Below, in pieces: positions 14,099 through 28,742 of a DNA stretch of 64,000 bases. The first letter of the stretch is position 1, and the number at the start of each line of letters is the position of its first letter. A program made the position numbers and the translations under genes. The notes beneath the pieces were generated by a model. That model was not told the origin of the DNA. It did not search any database and was given only the letters and a program-made list of their open reading frames with translations. Origin of the DNA: Octopus vulgaris (taxonomy: Eukaryota); assembly GCA_951406725.2 (NCBI GenBank), contig OX597820.1:9548001-9612000 (forward strand), in the 5' to 3' direction.

Positions 14099-17000
14099 TG
14101 AAATTATTGTATACAGTGCTCAGGTGCACCACAACTTGTCAAAAGTGCGTATAAAGCATATGCATTAATGCACAAATATCTGGAAAGCGAACAGTGTATG
14201 AGTCAGATACATGCTTGCATGTGCATGGAGGGGAGAAAATCAGGTGTAGTGTTGGCGAATCTCAGGAAGCATGGAAGTTTCGAAGGATGCAGTGCTCCGA
14301 CAACTAACAACTGATGCTGGCAGTTTGTTCCATGCTTCAGCAACTCTCAGCGTGAAAAAATGTTTCCGAAAGTCATGGGAGGAGCTGTGCTGTTTTCTGA
14401 CTTTGTAAATATGTCCACGGGTGTTAGACAGGTGGAGTTCGAAAAGGTGTGAAAAGGTGCCAGTGTACTGGGCTTCATTCTGATTGGATGAGATAATGAA
14501 ATATGTTGATTATGATTTAGAGGGGGGAGGGGTTATCTCTTATCAAATACATTCTTGGCATTTTAAGTTATATTTATGTGTGCGTATGTAGATGTTTCTG
14601 TAGATATTGATATGAACTCAAACAGGGAAATATACAAATAGTATATCTTTTTATACGGCTTTGTTGAGGATGTAGAAATAATAACACAAAGTTAGTTACA
14701 ACGAGAGAGGGGGGTATCTTTGACTATATAGTCTTTATGCCCTCACATATTCTTTGTTGACAGTTACAGGTATTATATCATACGTAAATATGCGCAGACA
14801 TGTATGCAGATATATCTACACACATGATGACGACGGCGTAGTAGTAGTAGTAATATATATCCATTTACCTTTCTGACAGGCTTTTTTAGCAGCATTGTAA
14901 TTCTCGTGATTAAAATCACTGAGCCAAGCAGGACCACCACTACCAGTGACACTGTAAAGTAAAAAGAAAAAAAAAGCATCATTACAGATGGGGCTTAAGA
15001 AACTTAAGGATGTCAACCTACCCCTTTGCCAACCCTGTATGTCACAGGAGATGCACAGGACGTATTTCCCTGTTGTCCACACATCACATATGTCACACAC
15101 TGTGAAGGTAAATGGCTTAATCGTCAGGGCATTTGGCTCACAATCTTCAGGTCATGAGTTCAATTCCCAGCTGTGCATTGTGTCCTTGAGCAAGACACTT
15201 TATTTCCTGTTGCTCCAGTCCATTCAGCTTGTTTAACCCTTTTGATACCAGCCCGGCTGAAACCGCCTCTGGCTCTGTAGTACAAATGTCATATTCCCAT
15301 AAGTTTTCAATTAAAAATCTTCCACCAAACCTTAGCTTAATGATAACTGAGTTATTTTACTAAATTCTTTGTTATATTTAAAATTAATTGAAAGAAACAC
15401 AGAGCATCTCAACAGAAATATGGTAACAAAAGGGTTAAAAGATATAATAGAGACACAATTCTTAACCATTTTGATACCAATCCGGCTGAAACCAGCTCTG
15501 GCTCTGTGGTAAAATGTCTTGTTTTCATAAGTTTTCAATTAAAATCTTCCACAAAACCTTATTCACAATTTTATGTTCCTATCACTAGCTTAATGATAAC
15601 TAAGTTATTTTACTAAATTCTTTGTTATATTTAAAATTAAGTGAAAGAAACACAGAGCATCTCAACAGAAATATGGTAACAAAAGGGTTAAAAGATATAA
15701 TAGAGACACAATTCTTAACCATTTTGATACCAATCCGGCTGAAACCAGCTCTGGCTCTGAGTACAAATGTCTTGTTTTCATTAGTTTTGAATGAAAATCT
15801 TCCACAAAACCTTAGTCACAATTTATGTTCCTAACACTAGCTTAATGATAACGAAGTTATTTTACTAAATTCTTTGGTACATTTAAAATAAATATGAAAG
15901 AAACACAGAGCTCTCAAAATAAATACAATAATGAAAGGGTTAAACTGGCCATGTCCAGCCAAAATATTCTACCTGCTTTATATTATAACTGACCATATTT
16001 GGCCCCTCACACCTACTCTACAATGTCATTCTAAAATAAACTATCACATCATCAAATTCTTGAAGCTATAAAATAATTCATAATTCAAGCAATCTGAACA
16101 AATAAGATTATATTTAAGAGAATAATTATTTCTACTCTAGGCACAAGGCCTTGAAAATTTCTTTTGGGGAAGTGGGGTAGTTGATTATATCGACCCCAGT
16201 GCATAACTGGTACTCATTTCATCGACCCCGGAAGGATGAAAAGCCAAGTCAACCTCAGAGGAATTTGAACTCAGAATGTAGTGGCAGATGAATTACTGCT
16301 AATCATTTCGCCCAGCATGTTAACGATTCTGCCAGAATAATCCGAATGCTAAAGGGTTAATTGAGCTTCTCACTTGGGGGTCACAATTCCACCCCACCCC
16401 ATGATTTCCCTGTTTCATTCTTGCATTTATTGGTACATTGGTGTATCAGATGACATATGCCTCTGGGAGTATTGAAGTGTGGGGAGATGTGAAACACATC
16501 TAACCCATGCCAGCATGAAAAAATGGACATGATACAATTGATACAATGATGATGATCAGGTTTTATGGGAAGTGGAAACATGGCGCTGCTCTTCAGTAAT
16601 TATTATAAGCCTGATATTGTTCAGACATGATGTTGTGAGCCGACAGAGAGCTATATTAATACTATAGCTCTCAAATCTTTCTTTAAACAAACACTGATTT
16701 ACATCAACAACACTTCTGAATATCCAATCATAATAAATTAAGACTACTGCATTCTGTTGATGCAGTAAAATGGTTGGCAAGAGATTGGGTGCCCAGCTGT
16801 AAAAACCATCGAAAGTAAAAACGAAAATATGAAGGAACAAAGGGAGATAATACAGGATAGAGGAGACTCTTTAGTCTAATGTGAACAACCTGAATAGTTA
16901 GTTAGTTAATTTTTGGCTCAAAAGCAAATAGCAAGGCCATGTAGGGGGACATGGAGTTAAGTACAGGGTGGTGTTCATGTAAAGAGTTCAGGCCACTTGA

Positions 17001-20000
17001 AGTCAAGGGAGACTTTGAACAAAGTGGTCGTCAGCATCTTCACCATCTCGTCTGGCAGCTTGTTCCACGGATGTTGGTATGATAAAATACAATGTTGAAA
17101 AGTGATAGGAAGAATATAAAGGTGTAAAAAATATGCCTGAAATGATGACATACACAGCAACCAAGATGGCTGTTCTTTCTTGTTTGTGTATGTCTTAGAT
17201 ACATTCGCCTCCTTATGAGAGCTCAAAATCTCTCGTGGAAGCGTCATCCAACCAAAGTACAAATATATGGGAAACTATCACCTGTGTCATCTCTTGTGAA
17301 AGGTAGGAGAGTCCAGTTTGCTGGACATTGTTGTAGAGCTGAAAAAGAGGTAATTTCTACTCTTCTCCTCTGGAAGCCATCTGCTCGCAATACCAGAGGG
17401 CGCACACTCTCCTACCCTGATGTAATCTCCAGGGATACAGGCATCCAGCAACAGGACCTCCGTAATGCTATGATGGACCGTGAAGTCTGGCGTAACATAG
17501 TAAGTTCCATTGTCTTGACCACGGTCGAACAATGATGATGATGTCTTAGAATATGAAAAAAACTAGGACATGAGGCAGCACTACATTCAACTGATACTGC
17601 TATGGAAAAACAGATGTAGGGTAAGGATAGCTTTCCCTCATCTAATCTAGATAATCCCAGAATAAATACACTCCAAAACAGCATTAATAGCTTTATTAAT
17701 TAAATAGCAATTCTGAGCCAACTTGTCGACTGCCTCTAAATAAATGAGGAGCAACAGAAAATGTTTGCACAACAAACGAGTCTGCTACCATCAGAACAGC
17801 TTGGACCTGTGATTCAAGCACCCAGTCCACCCTGTAAGGTGGTTAGCATTGGGAAGGGCATCCAGTTGTAGAAACCATGCCAAAAACAGTATGGAATCTG
17901 GTGTTGCTCCTGGCTGTGCCAGCTCCTGCCACACCATCATGGAAAATGGATGTAAAACAATGATGATGACGATTTTAATTCCTATTGCCTAGAACTCAAA
18001 CAAATGAAAAGTTTACTGAGACAGAGTTTGATCTACAAACTGACAAGTTATGTATCAATATCTTGTATTTTCACTTCAATTAGCCTCCAAATTAAAGACT
18101 CAAAGCACAAGATATTATAATGAACGGAGTCCTTCTATTGGAGAGTCAGAAAAATTTCGTTTTTTCCTATTTATTGTAATCCTTTCCAATGTTACTTGAA
18201 TTAACATGAAAAATATTTTTATGGTAGTGTTTTTGGGGGTTTTTTTTGTCACTCTATTCTACAACTTTTGTTTAATCATCATCATTTAACATCCGTGTTC
18301 TGTTCTAGCATGAGTGGGACAATACCACAAGAGCGGGCCAGGCCAAAGCCTGCACCAGACTTCTGTAACTGTTTTTGGCAGGACTTTTACAGCTGGATAC
18401 CCTTCCTTCCTAACACCAACCACTCAGCAGTGTTTTTGAAATTGAATAAATTTTACCTCTTTTCAAACAAATGGTAAAAGTGGAGTAAAGATTGTTTGCC
18501 AACATAACATGGCAGTCCTGGTTTAGGACGAATGTTGCTGTAATTTAACCCCAGGAGACATTGTCTTCAGCTGGCTATACGACACGATCTGTGTCCTTAT
18601 ATTTTCAAACAAGAGAATCTAGATTCCCTTGTTTGAAAATATATATATAATAAGGACACAGATCGTGTTGTAAAGCCAGCTGGAGACAATCTTTCCTCCA
18701 AAGTACTGTTGTTGAATATCTCTCATTATGAGATTTAAAAATAGTAATTTTCAAATGGTAAAAATGTCCAATAAAAAAATAAAAGACAAATGAAATTATC
18801 TTACAATCCTAAAACAACAAATGCTAACGCTTACTTGAGTTTGTTGGGTGAGCCTCTTGTCTTGTGGCAATTCTCCAAATAGGATTTTGCCAATTTTGTC
18901 ACTTCATCAGGAGTTTGGTTTGGCACTATACGAATGGAGAACTTTCCGGTCACTTTTCTGGGAATAACAGTCTTTGCACCTGGTTCACTGAAAGCCCCTT
19001 CAATACCTAAGGAAAAAACAAGAAACAAAATAAAATTTGGTATAACAAAGCACAATGACTGTGTTTCGTTGTATCAAAATTATCAAATGATTGAAATAAG
19101 CCATATTTGATCAGAGATGGGGATGAATAAAGCAGGATTTTTAGGATTACTATAACGACATGAACAAATATAGTGTAAGAAAGTGCTTACTAGCAGAACC
19201 AGATGTAAAACATTTCAAAGAGTTTAAAGAACAGGACAAAATATGGGAAATAGATGTGCAACAGGTGGTTTCCAAGAGGAGTTAGTTCCGAAGAACAGAT
19301 ATTGATCGTGATATATCTTGGTTAAGGGGTTTAAATAGTACCAGTAGCATGGTTTGAGATCATAATATCCAGTCCAGTCAATAGCTCAGTGGTGCCGTCC
19401 ACCCTACCAGGAAGGAGCATGCTGCTCCTTCCTGGTAAGAGATACCGTTTCTATACAGAACCCTCTACACTCAACCCCTAAAATTTCTCTCATGTGCTGG
19501 CTCCAAGTGCCACACCCTGGCACACTGCCTCAGCTGGGAAGCTGAAGCACAAGGAGTGGTGTTTCCACTGCACAACTAGGCAAGGGTGGAGCAATCTCAA
19601 GAAGATAGATCTTGGTTAAGGGCTCTAAATACCAGTAGCAGAGTTTGAGATAATACCTATTTCTTTATTACCCACAAGGGGCTAAACACAGAGGGGACAA
19701 ACAAGGACAGACAAACAGATTAAGTCGATTATATCGACCCTAGTGTGTAACTGGTACTTATTTAATCGACCCCGAAAGGATGAATGGCAAAGTCGACCTC
19801 GGCGGAATTTGAACTCAGAATGTAGCGACAGACAAAATACTCCTAAGCATCTCGCCCGCCGTGCTAACGATTCTGCCAGCTCGCCTCCTTATACTTTGAT
19901 ATAATACCTTTTAGACCAGTCAATAGTCCAAAACCTTTATTTTTCTGTCTTATGTGACAGAGTTAATTGCCTGACTTTCCGAAATGAGAAGTAGACCTTC

Positions 20001-23000
20001 AAGTTATAAATCCATCTTCACTTGAGAGGGATGAGAAATGATAGTTTTTTACTTTCATACCTTTTGCCAGAGAATTAGATGAATAAATTGTTACAAAGCT
20101 GACGAGTAAAACTTGGCTAATTAGGAGATTAATCTCTTATTATGTGGCTTCTACCACTAGCAAGTTATATTTTAATTAATGAAAAAAAAAAATAAAAGGA
20201 AAAAGTGAGTTGCTGATGGCTCAATCATTGGAGTTCTGGCTTTCTGACTAAACACCATAGTAATGAATCATGCAAAGACACTTGACTCTCAAATCCACTT
20301 GCAAGGGTTTGTTGGTCCAGGGCTACAGTAGAAGACCCATGTCCAAAGTGTCATGTAGGAGGACTGAACCTAAGCCCACACGGTTGGAAAGCAAGCTGCT
20401 TAACCACACAGCCACACCGAAATTAATATAAAGTTTATAAGTACATCAATAAATATCAAGAGTAAAAGGTTTACCATGAAGTGAGAGAGATGGGTGTCGC
20501 CACCTGTGCTTCAGAATTTCATCCTTTGATGAATGCATGAGTTTTTCACAGCCAATATCTTTACGGTAGTCCTCCTGTACAAAGATTAAATAAGAGAGAG
20601 AATCACAAATAAATGTCCACATACATATACAAAGTGGATGGCAGAAATAAGGGTTTGGTCAGCACATTAATCCCTTTTGTGATTACGTTTCTAATGAGTT
20701 ACTCTTTACTTGTTTCAGTCATTTGACTGCGGCCATGCTGGAGCACCGCCTTTAGTCAAGGAAATCGTTCCCCCAGGACTTATTCTTTGTAAGCCTAGTA
20801 CTTATTCTATCGGTCTCTTTTTCCGAACCGCTAAATTACGGGGACGTAAACAAACTAGCATCGGTTGTCAAGCAATGTTTGGGTGGGGGGACAAAAAAAA
20901 ACACACAAACATATATACACATATACATACATATATACGATGGGCTTCTTTCAGTTTCCGTCTACCAAATCCACTTACAAGGCTTTGGTTGGCCTGAGGC
21001 TATAGTAGAAGACACTTGCCCAAGGTTCCACGCAGTGGGACTGAACCCGGAACCATGTGGTTCGTAAGCAAGCTACTTACCACACAGCCACTCCTGCGCC
21101 TGTTGACTGTTTTTCAATTGATACTCAATATAATCAAGGTTTTAGAGGTAATTAGCAAAAAATCTCTAAGTCAGAAGCAACGACCGAGTCCTTTGGCATT
21201 ATGTTGTGCTTGAGAAGAAGACCCCCCCCTCATGCCAAGTAGACCCACAGTTGTGGCAGATACTGGGGGCATGTAAAAGCTCTCATTACACTCTTGGAGT
21301 GGTTGGTGTTAGGAAGGGCATCCAACTGTAGAAACTATGCCAAAAAAGACTGAAGTCTGGTGCTGCCTTCCAGCTCTGGTCAAACCGTCCAACCCATGCC
21401 AGGATGGACAACAGCTGTTAAATAATGATGATGATATATACATATAAAATATTCTATAATTATATGAAAAGGTTTTTTTAACGTACTGACTACTTGGTAA
21501 AATTATTAATTAATTAATTTAACTCTATATTATAATATGTATATATATATATATTATATACTGTTTATTTATTATTATGTATTTTTTGTGATCTAGATAA
21601 ATGTTTTATATATTTTATTTTTTTCTATATGATATGCTTTATGTCTATCATTGTTTGAATTACATAATAGTGGTTTTTCTCTAGCCCAGACTGGGCCTGG
21701 CGCAGCCTTCTGGCTTCCCAGACCCCCAGTTGAACCGTCCAACCCATGCTAGCATGGAAAATGGACGTTAAATGATGATGATATATATATATATATATAT
21801 ACACACATACACATAATTTTACTTAGGTAAGTATAAAGCGTAATATTAATCAATGAATGACAAAAGGACAGAAGTCACATAATTGCCTTCATTAGCTTAC
21901 ACTTGTTTCTATTATAAGTAGCAGTGCCCTGAAAGCCAAGTGCTGGTGCAACATTCTATAGCTTCCTGACTAACTGAAATCTCATGTTATCATGCATGTT
22001 ACTATAAGACTCTGATTAGTGGTCTCAGACAGGTTGTCTAATTGTTAATGATTCTGTCAATTCTTTCATTGCCACCCTTTGCCAACTCCTTCAATTGCCA
22101 TTTTTTGTCTTTAGGTAAGTCCAGAAACAACCCCCACCACCACAAAAAAAAAAAAAAATTCAAATTTTGTATGGAAGCACCTAGAGATAAATAATACCTG
22201 AAATAATTTCCTGTTTTCAATGCCAAAGTCATATTCAAAGGTGTAACTTTTGATAACAGATTCCATTCTAAACAGGTGTCATTAACGAGAGTTTCCTACC
22301 TGGAGCAATGCATTTGAGGGGCTGTTGAACTAGACTTCAGCCCAAAACCCTCACGGTCAGCACATCAAGACTTTTACTTTGTCGAGACAAAAAAGAAGAG
22401 TAAAAGACGTGAGGCTTACCAAATCAAAATCAATACTGCCATACAAGGAATTTTCTTCTGAAGTGATTGATTTCACAGAATCATAAATTCCTGGAATCTG
22501 GATACGACCATTCAAATCAACCAAAGAATTCATCAAAAAGATAAGGTCACTCATTGCTTCATGACTGAAAATAAATAAAGGGAAGGTGAAATATTTGAGG
22601 GGATGAGGGAACAGTGGATCTTGAAGCACATAAACTATAAATAATAGAAGGTAAATATTGTGTAAAAAACAAAAAGAAACTCCTTGGGTGGAAAAAATAA
22701 ATTTTAGGCTCAGGATTTTCAGGGTTTTAAGGAGGAATCATTTAGTTGCTATTGTTTCTCAGTTCTACTCTGATTCTAAGGTGTAGCACCTACAAGGGTC
22801 CCAGGCATGTAACCAGCTAAACCAGGGTATGCTGAACTCATGGGAGGCAAATGAATATTACCAAGACATTGGTGAATATCACTTGACGCTGAGTGGGACG
22901 AACAGACAAGAAACTGCCATCGGCCAAGATCAACCAGTTTAGGGAGCAACAGACCAATATAATTTATTGGTCTGGGTTGCCATATTCGGATGGTTGATTT

Positions 23001-23444
23001 TTATAAGTACAGAACTGATGGAATGTCACAGCAATCCATTAGCGTTGTGAAAAGAGAGAGCTGGCAGAGTCGTTAGCATGTTGGGCAAAATGCTTCATGG
23101 AATTTTGTTCATCTTTACGTTCCGAGTTCAAATCCCACCAAGGTCGACTTTGCCTTTCATCCTTTTGGGGGTCGACAAAAATAAGTACCAGTTGAGCACT
23201 GGGATCAATGTAATCATCTTTCCTGAAAATTGCTGGCCTTGTGCCTAAATTTGAAATAACCCATTAATAATTGTTACGAATACCCAAGGAGTGGCTGTGT
23301 GGTAAGAAGCTTGCTTGCCAACCACATGGTTCCAAGTTCACTCCCACTGAGTGGCACCTTGGGCAAGTGTCTTCTATTATAACCTCAGGTTGTCAAAAGC
23401 CATGTGAGTGGATTTGGTAGATGGAAACTAAAAAGAAGCCTGTC

Positions 23445-23480
<36 letters not shown>

Positions 23481-26400
23481 TCTTTTATTCGTTCCAGTCA
23501 TTTGACTGCGACCATGCTGCAGCACCCCTTTAGTCAAACAAATCAACACCAGGACTTATTCTTTGTAAGCCTAGTTCTTATTCTATCGGTCCCTTTTGCC
23601 AAACTGCTAAATCTATCATACAACAAGAGATGAAAGTAATGTAAAACTACAACTCAGATCGAGATGAAACAACAAAAAAAAAAAAGGGTTAAAGTCCCCT
23701 TCAAGTCATGAACAACCATGGGATTGCACCTAGAAAGTTTCCCTCTGAGGCACAAGCCCGGGCAAGGTTGTTTATGGAAGCCCAGCAGTCACCCATGCAT
23801 ACCAGCCTCCCCTCTCAAGGCCACCAGTGTTATCCAAGGGAAAGGCCAAGGGGCCAATACAGCTCGGCACCAGTGATGACACAACTCATTTCTACAGCTG
23901 AGTGAACTGGAGCAATTTGAAATAAAGTGTCTTGCTCAAGAACAAAACACACAGCCGGGTCTGGGAATTGAACTCATTACCTCATGATTGTGACCAGTGA
24001 GTCAATCACCTTTATCAAAATGGAACAGCAATAATAAATAGTAATATTAACAATGCATGAAATTCCTATGTTGTTATAGGTTATAAGGAAATTCATCGTA
24101 AGAAACGTCATTTCAAATGACCTCATCAGACATTTTCTTGATAATATTTGACATTTCCTATTTAGAACTTTTATGAAATCTCTTATCATTTTGCTTTCCC
24201 CACCGAAAAAGGAAAAGGAATAAACTTTGAGCAGCTGTATTACTTTCAGGTTGTATGTTTTGTTACAGACTGCTGCTTTGTTACACGGGAATGTGTCTTT
24301 ATATAAAACATGACCTACTACTTTATAAAAACATATGAACTACCTGCTATATATAACATTTGAACTTTTATATTATTTCCGATAATAATAATAACAATAA
24401 GAACCCAGCCACTTTGACTGGGCAGGTCTATATATATACATATATATAGTTCACTTTTCCTGTTAAGGTAATACCAACAAAAGAAATACTCTTTCAGGTG
24501 AGAGAAAGGTATTAATACACAAAGTTCATGGTTGTGAGCTATCAATAGTTTCATACACTGAAGTTTAATCTAGGCAGGGTTTTAAAACAAGCCTAGTGCC
24601 TTCAAGTAGTGTTCAGGCTCTGGGCACAGGGATTTGTAACTTGTATAAACCATGTGCGTAGAACCTGAAAGTTACATGAAGAAATTAGATGCATTTTAAA
24701 ACCTGCCGAGATAATCTTCAAATTTATGAAACATTTACTAGCTCATACCTATAAACTGTGTATATTAAACAATATATATAGATAGTGAGAATTCACAAAA
24801 ACACAAAAGCCGAAGACAGGTGGTGTAGACAACAAACAGATGCATTAGTTTAATGCTCGGGAAGTGAAAAAGTCTTTAACGTTTCAAGCCTATGCTCTTC
24901 CACAGAAAGAAACAAAAGAGAAAATAAAGAATGTATAGTGGCTAGTAATCTATCATGGCGATTGTCATTTAACGTCCGCTTTACATGCTGGCATGGGTTG
25001 GATGCATTTGACTGAGGAGTGGTGAGCCAGAAGGCTACACAGTCTCCAATCTGATCTGGATGCCCTTCCCAACGCCAACCACTCCGAGAGTGTAGTGGGT
25101 GCTTTTACATGCTGCGGGTACGAGGGCCAGTCAGGCAGTACTGACAATGGCCATGCTCAAAAGGTATTTTTTACGTGCCACCTGCATGGGAGCCAGTCCG
25201 GCGGCACTGGCAACGACCACATTCAAATGTTGTTTTTCACGTGCTAGTAAGGTGATACTGGCAATGATCATGCTCGAATGGTGCTTTTGATGTCCTGCAA
25301 AGGAATGGTGTCCTGTTCAGAAGGAGTGTCATCATCTCTGTTACTTATATGTCATGGAAAATTGGTAACTTGGCTCTTTGAGTACTGGGACTTGAGATAG
25401 TGATGATATAATAAATAATGAAATTATTGTATACAGTGCTCAGGTGCACCACAACTTGTCAGAAAGTGTGTATAGAGTATATGCAGTAATGTACAAATGT
25501 CTGGGAAGTGAACAGTGTATGAGTCAGATACATGCTTGCGTGTGTATGGAGGGGAGAGAAAGATCAGGTGTAGTATTGGCGAATCTCAGGAAGCATGGAA
25601 GTTTTGAAGGATGCAGTGCTCTGACAATTAACAACTGATGCCGGCAGTTTGTTCCATGCTTCAGCAACTCATAGCATGAAAAAATGTTTCCGAAAATCAT
25701 GGGAGCTGTGCTGTTTTCTGACTTTGTAAACATGTCCACGGGTGTTAGACAGGTGGAGTTTGAAAAGGTGCTCAGAGTTATTGTTTGTAAGATGGTTGAT
25801 AATTTTATGGGTGACTGCCAAGTCAGCTGCCAGACGTTGGAGTTTCAATGTATCCATGCCCAGGGAAGATGAAAGTTTTAAAAAATGCCATATTGCCTAT
25901 GTTGGTGAAGAGATGCCAAATGATAACAAAATAAACAGTTGAAACACAGAAGTACTTACACAGAACCACCAAACACACCGGAATGTAGATCTTTAGATGA
26001 GCATTCTACTTCAACAAAGAAGTAGCAGATTCCACTGAAAGAGAGAAGAAATATTGCCGTTTTAATTTATTGGCATCACTAATTCCCATGGTACAGATAA
26101 ATATCCTATTTTCTTTACTCTATAAACTAGATTATTTTGTCAATGTAAGAAAAATTTCTGAAATTTGATCTGATTGAACCAAAGACAACATTTTTATATT
26201 TTAACATCAGACATAACGCTCTGGTCTTTACATCAGTCTTCTGTGAAATTTTACCAAATCGGGTGCTAGTATATAGACAGTTATAGTTTAGTGACATAGA
26301 AATAACAATTTAATCGTGATGGAATCTGAAAATTCCATTACTCTGTGAAGAGTATTGCTAATCTTCCCAACAAGTTTGGGTGAATTGCAATTACCCGGTA

Positions 26401-28707
26401 TCTCTATCAGGATCAGTGTCATTACATGATTAATTACACAGAGCATCTCAACAGAAATACAGTAATGAGAGGTTAAAATATATAATAAAAAAACAATTCT
26501 TAACCCTTTCGATACCAACCTGGCTGAAGCCAGCTCTGGCTCTAGTACAAATGTCTTGTTTTCATAAGTTTTGAATTAAAATCTTCCACCAAACCTTAGT
26601 TATCATTAATCTACTGTTAGGAACATAAATTGTAACTAAGTTATTTTACTAAATTCTTTGTTATATTTAAAATAATTGAAAGAAACAGAGCATCTCAAAA
26701 TAAATGCAGTAACGAAAGGGTTAAATGATAATGATGGTAATGACAAAATTCTAATATTAGTTATTCATTAATTAAAAACACCCTGAATTTTACTGAATCT
26801 ATGGCCTAGATTAAAGCATCTCAACTCATCTATTTTGAACAATACCAATAACTAATAACTGATGAATCTATCACAAAGACATTCTACTGCATCAAAGGGT
26901 TATTGGAAATTTCGTCATAGACATAGAAATATTGCTGGAGTAAAGTTCACTGACAAATATTGCGATACAATCCATAACATAAGGTACATTATTTGTACAA
27001 CATTGCTTGGAATTTTCATAGATTTTAAATGACTTCACCATATTTTTGTAATGTTGGACATTGAATAAAGATTTGCTCATTTAATTCTTTTATGAACCTT
27101 TTTATCATTTTTTTTCAAAAATGCTGATAAAATATGCTGTTGTGTCTGGGGAGAGTCATTTTCTTTTTGTGCCTTATTATGTAACACACGCACTGGTAAA
27201 ATTTCCGCTTTGAGTGTGTTACATAGTAAGGCACAAAAAGAAAATGAGTCTCCCCAGACACAACAGAATATGCTTCAATACACAAACTCATATAAAGAAT
27301 CTTGCAAGCCAAATCCCAAAACGAAATCTGATAAGATATGCTTTATCATTGTCCCCATAGTGAATTTGTCAGGCTGTAAATTTTCTTACAGCAACTTTTC
27401 CCGAGGCAAAAATGTTTACAGAAAACTTTTTGCATCATATGAATCTAATTTAGTTAATCATAAGCAAGTAAATCTCATCTTACTAGTTAAAATTACATAA
27501 TTAATTAATATTTGAAAAAAATATTAAATATGGCTCATTAATTATCCTTACCGAAGTCCATAAGTCAAGCAGGGTTTATTCTTTCCAAGCCAGTAATTAT
27601 CAGAGATGCAGACGTAATCAATATCCTACAAATGGAAGAGAAACATGTTACCATGCAGGAAAAGACCGATATCAAAGACCTATCCGGTTCTTCTGGGTTG
27701 TTCTAAAAAAATCCCCATCAAAATGGAATAGCCCCAACTTATTTGGCTTTCCAGATCTGAAACTCAGCTTTTTCGACCCCCCAATTTTCCCCCAAAATTT
27801 CTTTATAATAGTAATCTATGTCATTTGAAAGGTATTTATATAAAATTTCATCAAAAGATATCCATTTTCCTGAAACTTATGACAGAAAAAATTCAGATTG
27901 TGTGAATTTTCTAAAACTCCCCTCCCTACCCCTTCGAAAAAATTCCTTCTCATAAATTCCTATATACTCTGAATCCACAGCATCTAAGTGGTATTCGTTA
28001 AAAAGTCTCTATTTTTCTGGAAGTTATGAGGCAACAAAGTCAGGAGTGAGGTACACAGCTGTAGGTTTGCCAACAAAACTCTACCGGGTGTTCACAGTAA
28101 AGGGCAATAACTCCAGTTGCGCTGCTTAAATTAGTGGAAACAAACCCCAAACAATCCCGTATCTCGGGAAGCCGCCGTCCAATTTACACAAAATTTGTTT
28201 TATGCCATTTGTATTCTCATTTACAAGGGTACTTTATACTTTCAGAGTATTTTCCCATTATACATCGGTTTGGCTGCATTAAATTATAGTCAAGCACAAA
28301 TGCAAGCAAGCAATCAAGCACACAGTTTTAGTGATAGATAAATAGATAGATACATAGACAGATAGATAGATAGAGAGAGAGAGGGATAGACATATAGATA
28401 GATAGACAAAGAGACAGAGAGATAGATTGATAGATAGATAGATAGATATACTGTCTGATCTGAGTTACATCACCTATTGTATACTCTTTTACTTGTTTCT
28501 GTCATTTGACTGTGGCCATGCTGGATCACCGCCTTTAGTCGAGAAAATCGATCCCAGGACTTATTCTTTGTAAGCCTAGTACTTATTCTATCGGTCTCTT
28601 TTGCCAAACCGCTAAGTTATGGGGACAAACACAGACACACAAACGTATACAAACCACACACACATACATATATATATATATGCTAGCATGGAAAGCGGAC
28701 GTTAAAC

Positions 28708-28742
<35 letters not shown>

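Noticed and set aside
27650-28335. Possible Helitron/Helentron-like element abutting the exon-7 acceptor
   Set aside because: Its right end resembles a Helitron-like 5' end, but I could not locate a convincing 3' hairpin/CTAG, so it is not called.
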